Assembly: GCA_964057225.1 (NCBI GenBank) | Contig: OZ059897.1 | Coordinates: 22,816,001 to 22,880,000 of the forward strand | DNA length: 64,000 nt | DNA from: Auanema rhodensis | Taxonomy: Eukaryota > Animalia > Nematoda | Direction: 5' to 3' | Shown here: positions 1 through 13,300 of the stretch, piece by piece | Position numbering within the stretch: the first letter of the stretch is position 1 | How the letters are laid out: each line of letters starts with the position of its first letter | Program-made: the position numbers and the translations under genes | The notes under the pieces: generated by a model | The model's database searches: none | What the model saw: only the letters and a program-made list of their open reading frames with translations | Told to the model about the DNA's origin: nothing

Positions 1-37
1 TAATTAGCATAAATTAAAGTTCACGTAAATTTCAAAG

Positions 38-52
38 TCATGGTTACCATGA
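38..52. repeat. Dyad TCATGGT-T-ACCATGA (7-bp arms, 1-nt centre) in each monomer
   Basis: CATGGT (39-44) is the reverse complement of ACCATG (46-51). T38/A52 extends the dyad in the A-type monomers. Confidence 0.9.
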
Positions 53-129
53 ACCAATATCAATAAAAATTTGTTTTTAGACTAATATGGACATGGGGAA
101 TCTAATTTTGAAAACCGCATCTCTTTATC

Positions 130-146
130 TTTCACGTGAAGCGAGT
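130..146 (+). other. CENP-B-box-like 17-mer TTTCACGTGAAGCGAGT containing the perfect palindrome TTCACGTGAA (recurs in each monomer)
   Basis: Matches 11/17 positions of YTTCGTTGGAARCGGGA and 7 of the 9 core positions of nTTCGnnnnAnnCGGGn. The similarity is seen directly; binding function is not shown. Confidence 0.35.
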
Positions 147-2464
147 TACATACCAAGTGCACATCACGTATACATTTAATTAGCATAAATTAAAGTTCAC
201 GTAAATTTCAAAGTCATGGTTACCATGAACCAATATCAATAAAAATTTGTTTTTAGACTAATATGGACATGGGGAATCTAATTTTGAAAACCGCATCTCT
301 TTATCTTTCACGTGAAGCGAGTTACATACCAAGTGCACATCACGTGTACATTTAATTAGCATAAATTAAAGTTCACGTAAATTTCAAAGTCATGGTTACC
401 ATGCACCAATATCAATAAAAATTTGTTTTTAGACTAATATGGACATGGGGAATCTAATTTTGAAAACCGCATCTCTTTATCTCCCACGTGAAGCGAGTTA
501 CATACCAAGTGCACATCACGTGTACATTTAATTAGCATAAATTAAAGTTCACGTAAATTTCAAAGTCATGGTTACCATGCACCAATATCAATAAAAATTT
601 GTTTTTAGACTAATATGGACATGGGGAATCTAATTTTGAAAACCGCATCTCTTTATCTTTCACGTGAAGCGAGTTACATACCAAGTGCACATCACGTATA
701 CATTTAATTAGCATAAATTAAAGTTCACGTAAATTTCAAAGTCATGGTTACCATGAACCAATATCAATAAAAATTTGTTTTTAGACTAATATGGACATGG
801 GGAATCTAATTTTGAAAACCGCATATCTTTATCTTTCACGTGAAGCGAGTTACATACCAAGTGCACATCACGTGTACATTTAATTAGCATAAATTAAAGT
901 TCACGTAAATTTCAAAGTCATGGTTACCATGCACCAATATCAATAAAAATTTGTTTTTAGACTAATATGGACATGGGGAATCTAATTTTGAAAACCGCAT
1001 CTCTTTATCTCCCACGTGAAGCGAGTTACATACCAAGTGCACATCACGTGTACATTTAATTAGCATAAATTAAAGTTCACGTAAATTTCAAAGTCATGGT
1101 TACCATGCACCAATATCAATAAAAATTTGTTTTTAGACTAATATGGACATGGGGAATCTAATTTTGAAAACCGCATCTCTTTATCTTTCACGTGAAGTGA
1201 GTTACATACCAAGTGCACATCACGTGTACATTTAATTAGCATAAATTAAAGTTCACGTAAATTTCAAAGTCATGGTTACCATGCACCCATATCAATAAAA
1301 ATTTGTTTTTAGACTAATATGGACATGGGGAATCTAATTTTGAAAACCGCATCTCTTTATCTTTCACGTGAAGCGAGTTACATACCAAGTGCACATCACG
1401 TATACATTTAATTAGCATAAATTAAAGTTCACGTAAATTTCAAAGTCATGGTTACCATGAACCAATATCAATAAAAATTTGTTTTTAGACTAATATAGAC
1501 ATGGGGAATCTAATTTTGAAAACCGCATCTCTTTATCTTTCACGTGAAGCGAGTTACATACCAAGTGCACATCACGTGTACATTTAATTAGCATAAATTA
1601 AAGTTCACGTAAATTTCAAAGTCATGGTTACCATGCACCAATATCAATAAAAATTTGTTTTTAGACTAATATGGACATGGGGAATCTAATTTTGAAAACC
1701 GCATCTCTTTATCTTTCACATGAAGCGAGTTACATACCAAGTGCACATCACGTGTACATTTAATTAGCATAAATTAAAGTTCACGTAAATTTCAAAGTCA
1801 TGGTTACCATGAACCAATATCAATAAAAATTTGTTTTTAGACTAATATGGACATGGGGAATCTAATTTTGAAAACCGCATCTTTTTATCTTTCACGTGAA
1901 GCGAGTTACATACCAAGTGCACATCACTTGTACATTTAATTAGCATAAATTAAAGTTCACGTAAATTTCAAAGTCATGGTTACCATGCACCAATATCAAT
2001 AAAAATTTGTTTTTAGACTAATATGGACATGGGGAATCTAATTTTGAAAACCGCATCTCTTTATCTTTCACGTGAAGTGAGTTACATACCAAGTGCACAT
2101 CACGTGTACATTTAATTAGCATAAATTAAAGTTCACGTAAATTTCAAAGTCATGGTTACCATGAACCAATATCAATAAAAATTTGTTTTTAGACTAATAT
2201 GGACATGGGGAATCTAATTTTGAAAACCGCATCTCTTTATCTTTCACGTGAAGCGAGTTACATACCAAGTGCACATCACGTATACATTTAATTAGCATAA
2301 ATTAAAGTTCACGTAAATTTCAAAGTCATGGTTACCATGCACCAATATCAATAAAAATTTGTTTTTAGACTAATATGGACATGGGGAATCTAATTTTGAA
2401 AACCGCATCTCTTTATCTTTCACGTGAAGCGAGTTACATACCAAGTGCACATCACGTGTACATT

Positions 2465-5400
2465 TAATTAGCATAAATTAAAGTTCACGTAAATTTCAAA
2501 GTAATGGTTACCATGAACCAATATCAGTAAAAATTTGTTTTTAGACTAATATGGACATGGGGAATCTAATTTTGAAAACCGCATCTCTTTATCTTTCACG
2601 TGAAGCGAGTTACATACCAAGTGCACATCACGTATACATTTAATTAGCATAAATTAAAGTTCACGTAAATTTCAAAGTCATGGTTACCATGAACCAATAT
2701 CAATAAAAATTTGTTTTTAGACTAATATGGACATGGGGAATCTAATTTTGAAAACCGCATCTCTTTATCTTTCACGTGAAGCGAGTTACATACCAAGTGC
2801 ACATCACGTGTACATTTAATTAGCATAAATTAAAGTTCACGTAAATTTCAAAGTCATGGTTACCATGCACCAATATCAATAAAAATTTGTTTTTAGACTA
2901 ATATGGACATGGGGAATCTAATTTTGAAAACCGCATCTCTTTATCTTTCACGTGAAGCGAGTTACATACCAAGTGCACATCACGTGTACATTTAATTAGC
3001 ATAAATTAAAGTTCACGTAAATTTCAAAGTCATGGTTACCATGAACCAATATCAATAAAAATTTGTTTTTAGACTAATATGGACATGGGGAATCTAATTT
3101 TGAAAACCGCATCTCTTTATCTTTCACGTGAAGCGAGTTACATACCAAGTGCACATCACGTGTACATTTAATTAGCATAAATTAAAGTTCACGTAAATTT
3201 CAAAGTCATGGTTACCATGCACCAATATCAATAAAAATTTGTTTTTAGACTAATATGGACATGGGGAATCTAATTTTGAAAACCGCATCTCTTTATCTTT
3301 CACGTGAAGCGAGTTACATACCAAGGGCACATCACGTGTACATTTAATTAGCATAAATTAAAGTTCACGTAAATTTCAAAGTCATGGTTACCATGAACCA
3401 ATATCAATAAAAATTTGTTTTTAGACTAATATGGACATGGGGAATCTAATTTTGAAAACCGCATCTCTTTATCTTTCACGTGAAGTGAGTTACATACCAA
3501 GTGCACATCACGTGTACATTTAATTAGCATAAATTAAAGTTCACGTAAATTTCAAAGTCATGGTTAACATGCACCAATATCAATAAAAATTTGTTTTTAG
3601 ACTAATATGGACATGGGGAATCTAATTTTGAAAACCGCATCTCTTTATCTTTCACATGAAGCGAGTTACATACCAAGTGCACATCACGTGTACATTTAAT
3701 TAGCATAAATTAAAGTTCACGTAAATTTCAAAGTCATGGTTACCATGAACCAATATCAATAAAAATTTGTTTTTAGACTAATATGGACATGGGGAATCTA
3801 ATTTTGAAAACCGCATCTCTTTATCTTTCACGTGAAGCGAGTTACATACCAAGTGCACATCACGTGTACATTTAATTAGCATAAATTAAAGTTCACGTAA
3901 ATTTCAAAGTCATGGTTACCATGCACCAATATCAATAAAAATTTGTTTTTAGACTAATATGGACATGGGGAATCTAATTTTGAAAACCGCATCTCTTTAT
4001 CTTTCACGTGAAGCGAGTTACATACCAAGTGCACATCACGTGTACATTTAATTAGCATAAATTAAAGTTCACGTAAATTTCAAAGTCATGGTTACCATGC
4101 ACTAATATCAGTAAAAAATTGTTTTTAGACTAATATGGACATGGGGAATCTAATTTTGAAAACCGCATCTCTTTATCTTTCACGTGAAGCGAGTTACATA
4201 CCAAGTGCACATCACGTGTACATTTAATTAGCATAAATTAAAGTTCACGTAAATTTCAAAGTCATGGTTACCATGCACCAATATCAATAAAAATTTGTTT
4301 TTAGACTAATATGGACATGGGGAATCTAATTTTGAAAACCGCATCTCTTTATCTTTCACGTGAAGCGAGTTACATACCAAGGGCACATCACGTGTACATT
4401 TAATTAGCATAAATTAAAGTTCACGTAAATTTCAAAGTCATGGTTACCATGAACCAATATCAATAAAAATTTGTTTTTAGACTAATATGGACATGGGGAA
4501 TCTAATTTTGAAAACCGCATCTCTTTATCTTTCACGTGAAGTGAGTTACATACCAAGTGCACATCACGTGTACATTTAATTAGCATAAATTAAAGTTCAC
4601 GTAAATTTCAAAGTCATGGTTACCATGAACCAATATCAATAAAAATTTGTTTTTAGACTAATATGGACATGGGGAATCTAATTTTGAAAACCGCATCTCT
4701 TTATCTTTCACATGAAGCGAGTTACATACCAAGTGCACATCACGTGTACATTTAATTAGCATAAATTAAAGTTCACGTAAATTTCAAAGTCATGGTTACC
4801 ATGAACCAATATCAATAAAAATTTGTTTTTAGACTAATATGGACATGGGGAATCTAATTTTGAAAACCGCATCTCTTTATCTTTCACGTGAAGCGAGTTA
4901 CATACCAAGTGCACATCACGTATACATTTAATTAGCATAAATTAAAGTTCACGTAAATTTCAAAGTCATGGTTACCATGAACCAATATCAATAAAAATTT
5001 GTTTTTAGACTAATATGGACATGGGGAATCTAATTTTGAAAACCGCATCTCTTTATCTTTCACGTGAAGCGAGTTACATACCAAGTGCACATCACGTGTA
5101 CATTTAATTAGCATAAATTAAAGTTCACGTAAATTTCAAAGTCATGGTTACCATGCACCAATATCAATAAAAATTTGTTTTTAGACTAATATGGACATGG
5201 GGAATCTAATTTTGAAAACCGCATCTCTTTATCTTTCACGTGAAGCGAGTTACATACCAAGTGCACATCACGTGTACATTTAATTAGCATAAATTAAAGT
5301 TCACGTAAATTTCAAAGTCATGGTTACCATGAACCAATATCAATAAAAATTTGTTTTTAGACTAATATGGACATGGGGAATCTAATTTTGAAAACCGCAT

Positions 5401-7568
5401 CTCTTTATCTTTCACGTGAAGTGAGTTACATACCAAGTGCACATCACGTGTACATTTAATTAGCATAAATTAAAGTTCACGTAAATTTCAAAGTCATGGT
5501 TACCATGCACCAATATCAATAAAAATTTGTTTTTAGACTAATATGGACATGGGGAATCTAATTTTGAAAACCGCATCTCTTTATCTTTCACATGAAGCGA
5601 GTTACATACCAAGTGCACATCACGTGTACATTTAATTAGCATAAATTAAAGTTCACGTAAATTTCAAAGTCATGGTTACCATGAACCAATATCAATAAAA
5701 ATTTGTTTTTAGACTAATATGGACATGGGGAATCTAATTTTGAAAACCGCATCTCTTTATCTTTCATGTGAAGCGAGTTACATACCAAGTGCACATCACG
5801 TGTACATTTAATTAGCATAAATTAAAGTTCACGTAAATTTCAAAGTCATGGTTACCATGCACCAATATCAATAAAAATTTGTTTTTAGACTAATATGGAC
5901 ATGGGGAATCTAATTTTGAAAACCGCATCTCTTTATCTTTCACGTGAAGCGAGTTACATACCAAGTGCACATCACGTGTACATTTAATTAGCATAAATTA
6001 AAGTTCACGTAAATTTCAAAGTCATGGTTACCATGAACCAATATCAATAAAAATTTGTTTTTAGACTAATATGGACATGGGGAATCTAATTTTGAAAACC
6101 GCATCTCTTTATCTTTCACGTGAAGTGAGTTACATACCAAGTGCACATCACGTGTACATTTAATTAGCATAAATTAAAGTTCACGTAAATTTCAAAGTCA
6201 TGGTTACCATGAACCAATATCAGTAAAAATTTGTTTTTAGACTAATATGGACATGGGGAATCTAATTTTGAAAACCGCATCTCTTTATCTTTCACGTGAA
6301 GCGAGTTACATACCAAGTGCACATCACGTATACATTTAATTAGCATAAATTAAAGTTCACGTAAATTTCAAAGTCATGGTTACCATGAACCAATATCAAT
6401 AAAGATTTGTTTTTAGACTAATATGGACATGGGGAATCTAATTTTGAAAACCGCATCTCTTTATCTTTCACGTGAAGCGAGTTACATACCAAGTGCACAT
6501 CACGTGTACATTTAATTAGCATAAATTAAAGTTCACGTAAATTTCAAAGTCATGGTTACCATGCACCAATATCAATAAAAATTTGTTTTTAGACTAATAT
6601 GGACATGGGGAATCTAATTTTGAAAACCGCATCTCTTTATCTTTCACGTGAAGCGAGTTACATACCAAGTGCACATCACGTGTACATTTAATTAGCATAA
6701 ATTAAAGTTCACGTAAATTTCAAAGTCATGGTTACCATGAACCAATATCAATAAAAATTTGTTTTTAGACTAATATGGACATGGGGAATCTAATTTTGAA
6801 AACCGCATCTCTTTATCTTTCACGTGAAGCGAGTTACATACCAAGTGCACATCACGTGTACATTTAATTAGCATAAATTAAAGTTCACGTAAATTTCAAA
6901 GTCATGGTTACCATGCACCAATATCAATAAAAATTTGTTTTTAGACTAATATGGACATGGGGAATCTAATTTTGAAAACCGCATCTCTTTATCTTTCACG
7001 TGAAGCGAGTTACATACCAAGGGCACATCACGTGTACATTTAATTAGCATAAATTAAAGTTCACGTAAATTTCAAAGTCATGGTTACCATGAACCAATAT
7101 CAATAAAAATTTGTTTTTAGACTAATATGGACATGGGGAATCTAATTTTGAAAACCGCATCTCTTTATCTTTCACGTGAAGTGAGTTACATACCAAGTGC
7201 ACATCACGTGTACATTTAATTAGCATAAATTAAAGTTCACGTAAATTTCAAAGTCATGGTTAACATGCACCAATATCAATAAAAATTTGTTTTTAGACTA
7301 ATATGGACATGGGGAATCTAATTTTGAAAACCGCATCTCTTTATCTTTCACATGAAGCGAGTTACATACCAAGTGCACATCACGTGTACATTTAATTAGC
7401 ATAAATTAAAGTTCACGTAAATTTCAAAGTCATGGTTACCATGAACCAATATCAATAAAAATTTGTTTTTAGACTAATATGGACATGGGGAATCTAATTT
7501 TGAAAACCGCATCTCTTTATCTTTCACGTGAAGCGAGTTACATACCAAGTGCACATCACGTATACATT
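2465..7568 (+). repeat. Dispersed duplication of an ~8-monomer block (2465-3872 and 6161-7568, offset 21 monomers)
   Basis: Both blocks carry the same ordered variants: CAGT+TATA, AAGGGC, GTGAG, TAACAT+CACATG. AAGGGC lies at 3326 and 7022, a difference of 3696 = 21 x 176. Confidence 0.85.
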
Positions 7569-10384
7569 TAATTAGCATAAATTAAAGTTCACGTAAATTT
7601 CAAAGTCATGGTTACCATGAACCAATATCAATAAAAATTTGTTTTTAGACTAATATGGACATGGGGAATCTAATTTTGAAAACCGCATCTCTTTATCTTT
7701 CACGTGAAGCGAGTTACATACCAAGTGCACATCACGTGTACATTTAATTAGCATAAATTAAAGTTCACGTAAATTTCAAAGTCATGGTTACCATGCACCA
7801 ATATCAATAAAAATTTGTTTTTAGACTAATATGGACATGGGGAATCTAATTTTGAAAACCGCATCTCTTTATCTTTCACGTGAAGCGAGTCACATACCAA
7901 GTGCACATCACGTGTACATTTAATTAGCATAAATTAAAGTTCACGTAAATTTCAAAGTCATGGTTACCATGAACCAATATCAATAAAAATTTGTTTTTAG
8001 ACTAATATGGACATGGGGAATCTAATTTTGAAAACCGCATCTCTTTATCTTTCACGTGAAGCGAGTTACATACCAAGTGCACATCACGTGTACATTTAAT
8101 TAGCATAAATTAAAGTTCACGTAAATTTCAAAGTCATGGTTACCATGCACCAATATCAATAAAAATTTGTTTTTAGACTAATATGGACATGGGGAATCTA
8201 ATTTTGAAAACCGCATCTCTTCATCTTTCACGTGAAGCGAGTTACATACCAAGTGCACATCACGTGTACATTTAATTAGCATAAATTAAAGTTCACGTAA
8301 ATTTCAAAGTCATGGTTACCATGAACCAATATCAATAAAAATTTGTTTTTAGACTAATATGGACATGGGGAATCTAATTTTGAAAACCGCATCTCTTTAT
8401 CTTTCACGTGAAGCGAGTTACATACCAAGTGCACATCACGTGTACATTTAATTAGCATAAATTAAAGTTCACGTAAATTTCAAAGTCATGGTTACCATGA
8501 ACCAATATCAATAAAAATTTGTTTTTAGACTAATATGGACATGGGGAATCTAATTTTGAAAACCGCATCTCTTTATCTTTCACGTGAAGCGAGTTACATA
8601 CCAAGTGCACATCACGTGTACATTTAATTAGCATAAATTAAAGTTCACGTAAATTTCAAAGTCATGGTTACCATGAACCAATATCAATAAAAATTTGTTT
8701 TTAGACTAATATGGACATGGGGAATCTAATTTTGAAAACCGCATCTCTTTATCTTTCACGTGAAGCGAGTTACATACCAAGTGCACATCACGTGTACATT
8801 TAATTAGCATAAATTAAAGTTCACGTAAATTTCAAAGTCATGGTTACCATGAACCAATATCAATAAAAATTTGTTTTTAGACTAATATGGACATGGGGAA
8901 TCTAATTTTGAAAACCGCATCTCTTTATCTTTCACGTGAAGCGAGTTACATACCAAGTGCACATCACGTGTACATTTAATTAGCATAAATTAAAGTTCAC
9001 GTAAATTTCAAAGTCATGGTTACCATGCACCAATATCAATAAAAATTTGTTTTTAGACTAATATGGACATGGGGAATCTAATTTTGAAAACCGCATCTCT
9101 TAATCTTTCACGTGAAGCGAGTTACATACCAAGTGCACATCACGTGTACATTTAATTAGCATAAATTAAAGTTCACGTAAATTTCAAAGTCATGGTTACC
9201 ATGAACCAATATCAATAAAAATTTGTTTTTAGACTAATATGGACATGGGGAATCTAATTTTGAAAACCGCATCTCTTTATCTTTCACGTGAAGCGAGTTA
9301 CATACCAAGTGCACATCACGTGTACATTTAATTAGCATAAATTAAAGTTCACGTAAATTTCAAAGTCATGGTTACCATGAACCAATATCAATAAAAATTT
9401 GTTTTTAGACTAATATGGACATGGGGAATCTAATTTTGAAAACCGCATCTCTTTATCTTTCACGTGAAGCGAGTTACATACCAAGTGCACATCACGTGTA
9501 CATTTAATTAGCATAAATTAAAGTTCACGTAAATTTCAAAGTCATGGTTACCATGAACCAATATCAATAAAAATTTGTTTTTAGACTAATATGGACATGG
9601 GGAATCTAATTTTGAAAACCGCATCTCTTTATCTTTCACGTGAAGCGAGTTACATACCAAGTGCACATCACGTGTACATTTAATTAGCATAAATTAAAGT
9701 TCACGTAAATTTCAAAGTCATGGTTACCATGCACCAATATCAATAAAAATTTGTTTTTAGACTAATATGGACATGGGGAATCTAATTTTGAAAACCGCAT
9801 CTCTTTATCTTTCACGTGAAGCGAGTTACATACCAAGTGCACATCACGTGTACATTTAATTAGCATAAATTAAAGTTCACGTAAATTTCAAAGTCATGGT
9901 TACCATGAACCAATATCAATAAAAATTTGTTTTTAGACTAATATGGACATGGGGAATCTAATTTTGAAAACCGCATCTCTTTATCTTTCACGTGAAGCGA
10001 GTTACATACCAAGTGCACATCACGTGTACATTTAATTAGCATAAATTAAAGTTCACGTAAATTTCAAAGTCATGGTTACCATGCACCAATATCAATAAAA
10101 ATTTGTTTTTAGACTAATATGGACATGGGGAATCTAATTTTGAAAACCGCATCTCTTTATCTTTCACGTGAAGCGAGTTACATACCAAGTGCACATCACG
10201 TGTACATTTAATTAGCATAAATTAAAGTTCACGTAAATTTCAAAGTCATGGTTACCATGAACCAATATCAATAAAAATTTGTTTTTAGACTAATATGGAC
10301 ATGGGGAATCTAATTTTGAAAACCGCATCTCTTTATCTTTCACGTGAAGCGAGTTACATACCAAGTGCACATCACGTGTACATT

Positions 10385-13300
10385 TAATTAGCATAAATTA
10401 AAGTTCACGTAAATTTCAAAGTCATGGTTACCATGAACCAATATCAATAAAAATTTGTTTTTAGACTAATATGGACATGGGGAATCTAATTTTGAAAACC
10501 GCATCTCTTTATCTTTCACGTGAAGCGAGTTACATACCAAGTGCACATCACGTGTACATTTAATTAGCATAAATTAAAGTTCACGTAAATTTCAAAGTCA
10601 TGGTTACCATGAACCAATATCAATAAAAATTTGTTTTTAGACTAATATGGACATGGGGAATCTAATTTTGAAAACCGCATCTCTTTATCTTTCACGTGAA
10701 GCGAGTTACATACCAAGTGCACATCACGTGTACATTTAATTAGCATAAATTAAAGTTCACGTAAATTTCAAAGTCATGGTTACCATGCACCAATATCAAT
10801 AAAAATTTGTTTTTAGACTAATATGGACATGGGGAATCTAATTTTGAAAACCGCATCTCTTTATCTTTCACGTGAAGCGAGTTACATACCAAGTGCACAT
10901 CACGTGTACATTTAATTAGCATAAATTAAAGTTCACGTAAATTTCAAAGTCATGGTTACCATGAACCAATATCAATAAAAATTTGTTTTTAGACTAATAT
11001 GGACATGAGGAATCTAATTTTGGAAACCGCATCTCTTTATCTTTCACGTGAAGAGAGTTACATACCAAGTGCACATCACGTGTACATTTAATTAGCATAA
11101 ATTAAAGTTCACGTAAATTTCAAAGTCATGGTTACCATGCACCAATATCAATAAAAATTTGTTTTTAGACTAATATGGACATGAGGAATCTAATTTTGAA
11201 AACCGCATCTCTTTATCTTTCACGTGAAGCGAGTTACATACCAAGTGCACATCACGTGTACATTTAATTAGCATAAATTAAAGTTCACGTAAATTTCAAA
11301 GTCATGGTTACCATGCACCAATATCAATAAAAATTTGTTTTTAGACTAATATGGACATGGGGAATCTAATTTTGAAAACCGCATCTCTTTATCTTTCACG
11401 TGAAGCGAGTTACATACCAAGTGCACATCACGTGTACATTTAATTAGCATAAATTAAAGTTCACGTAAATTTCAAAGTCATGGTTACCATGCACCAATAT
11501 CAATAAAAATTTGTTTTTAGACTAATATGGACATGGGGAATCTAATTTTGAAAACCGCATCTCTTTATCTTTCACGTGAAGCGAGTTACATACCAAGTGC
11601 ACATCACGTGTACATTTAATTAGCATAAATTAAAGTTCACGTAAATTTCAAAGTCATGGTTACCATGCACCAATATCAATAAAAATTTGTTTGTAGACTA
11701 ATATGGACATGGGGAATCTAATTTTGAAAACCGCATCTCTTCATCTTTCACGTGAAGCGAGTTACATACCAAGTGCACATCACGTGTACATTTAATTAGC
11801 ATAAATTAAAGTTCACGTAAATTTCAAAGTCATGGTTACCATGCACCAATATCAATAAAAATTTGTTTTTAGACTAATATGGACATGGGGAATCTAATTT
11901 TGAAAACCGCATCTCTTTATCTTTCACGTGAAGCGAGTTACATACCAAGTGCACATCACGTGTACATTTAATTAGCATAAATTAAAGTTCACGTAAATTT
12001 CAAAGTCATGGTTACCATGCACCAATATCAATAAAAATTTGTTTGTAGACTAATATGGACATGGGGAATCTAATTTTGAAAACCGCATCTCTTTATCTTT
12101 CACGTGAAGCGAGTTACATACCAAGTGCACATCACGTGTACATTTAATTAGCATAAATTAAAGTTCACGTAAATTTCAAAGTCATGGTTACCATGAAGCA
12201 ATATCAATAAAAATTTGTTTTTAGACTAATATGGACATGGGGAATCTAATTTTGAAAACCGCATCTCTTTATCTCTCACGTGAAGCGAGTTACATACCAA
12301 GTGCACATCACGTGTACATTTAATTAGCATTAATTAAAGTTCACGTAAATTTCAAAGTCATGGTTACCATGAACCAATATCAATAAAAATTTGTTTTTAG
12401 ACTAATATGGACATGGGGAATCTAATTTTGAAAACCGCATCTCTTTATCTTTCACGTGAAGCGAGTTACATACCAAGTGCACATCACGTGTACATTTAAT
12501 TAGCATAAATTAAAGTTCACGTAAATTTCAAAGTCATGGTTACCATGAACCAATATCAATAAAAATTTGTTTTTAGACTAATATGGACATGGGGAATCTA
12601 ATTTTGAAAACCGCATCTCTTTATCTTTCACGTGAAGCGAGTTACATACCAAGTGCACATCACGTGTACATTTAATTAGCATAAATTAAAGTTCACGTAA
12701 ATTTCAAAGTCATGGTTACCATGAACCAATATCAATAAAAATTTGTTTTTAGACTAATATGGACATGGGGAATCTAATTTTGAAAACCGCATCTCTTTAT
12801 CTTTCACGTGAAGCGAGTTACATACCAAGTGCACATCACGTGTACATTTAATTAGCATAAATTAAAGTTCACGTAAATTTCAAAGTCATGGTTACCATGC
12901 ACCAATATCAATAAAAATTTGTTTTTAGACTAATATGGACATGGGGAATCTAATTTTGAAAACCGCATCTCTTTATCTTTCACGTGAAGCGAGTTACATA
13001 CCAAGTGCACATCACGTGTACATTTAATTAGCATAAATTAAAGTTCACGTAAATTTCAAAGTCATGGTTACCATGAACCAATATCAATAAAAATTTGTTT
13101 TTAGACTAATATGGACATGAGGAATCTAATTTTGGAAACCGCATCTCTTTATCTTTCACGTGAAGAGAGTTACATACCAAGTGCACATCACGTGTACATT
13201 TAATTAGCATAAATTAAAGTTCACGTAAATTTCAAAGTCATGGTTACCATGCACCAATATCAATAAAAATTTGTTTTTAGACTAATATGGACATGAGGAA

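Larger units (their letters stand above)
1..176 (+). repeat. Representative 176-bp satellite monomer (phase arbitrary)
   Basis: Hand count of the consensus gives 30 C + 26 G out of 176 (~32% GC) and 5 CpG (monomer positions 24, 116, 135, 142, 167). There is a common A/C dimorphism at position 52. Confidence 0.97.

Noticed and set aside
62-78. AATAAA polyadenylation signal followed by a T-rich tract
   Set aside because: This is expected by chance in 68% AT DNA, and there is no transcription unit to attach it to.
1-176. Identity with known ~171-178 bp satellites (Brassica CentBr, Arabidopsis CEN178, honeybee AluI, primate alpha satellite)
   Set aside because: Only the length is similar. The consensus has no AAGCTT or AGCT site and I recognise no sequence similarity. 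A database search is still needed to settle this.
1-176. Tandem 5S rRNA, tRNA, snRNA or spliced-leader gene unit
   Set aside because: There are no recognisable Pol III A/B/C boxes, cloverleaf or conserved RNA sequence, and the unit is too AT-rich.
339-470. Budding-yeast point centromere (CDEI ATCACGTG, AT-rich stretch, TGTTTTT...CCG)
   Set aside because: Only the 8-bp CDEI matches. The following DNA is not a >90% AT CDEII, there is no TTCCGAA CDEIII core, and point centromeres are single-copy.
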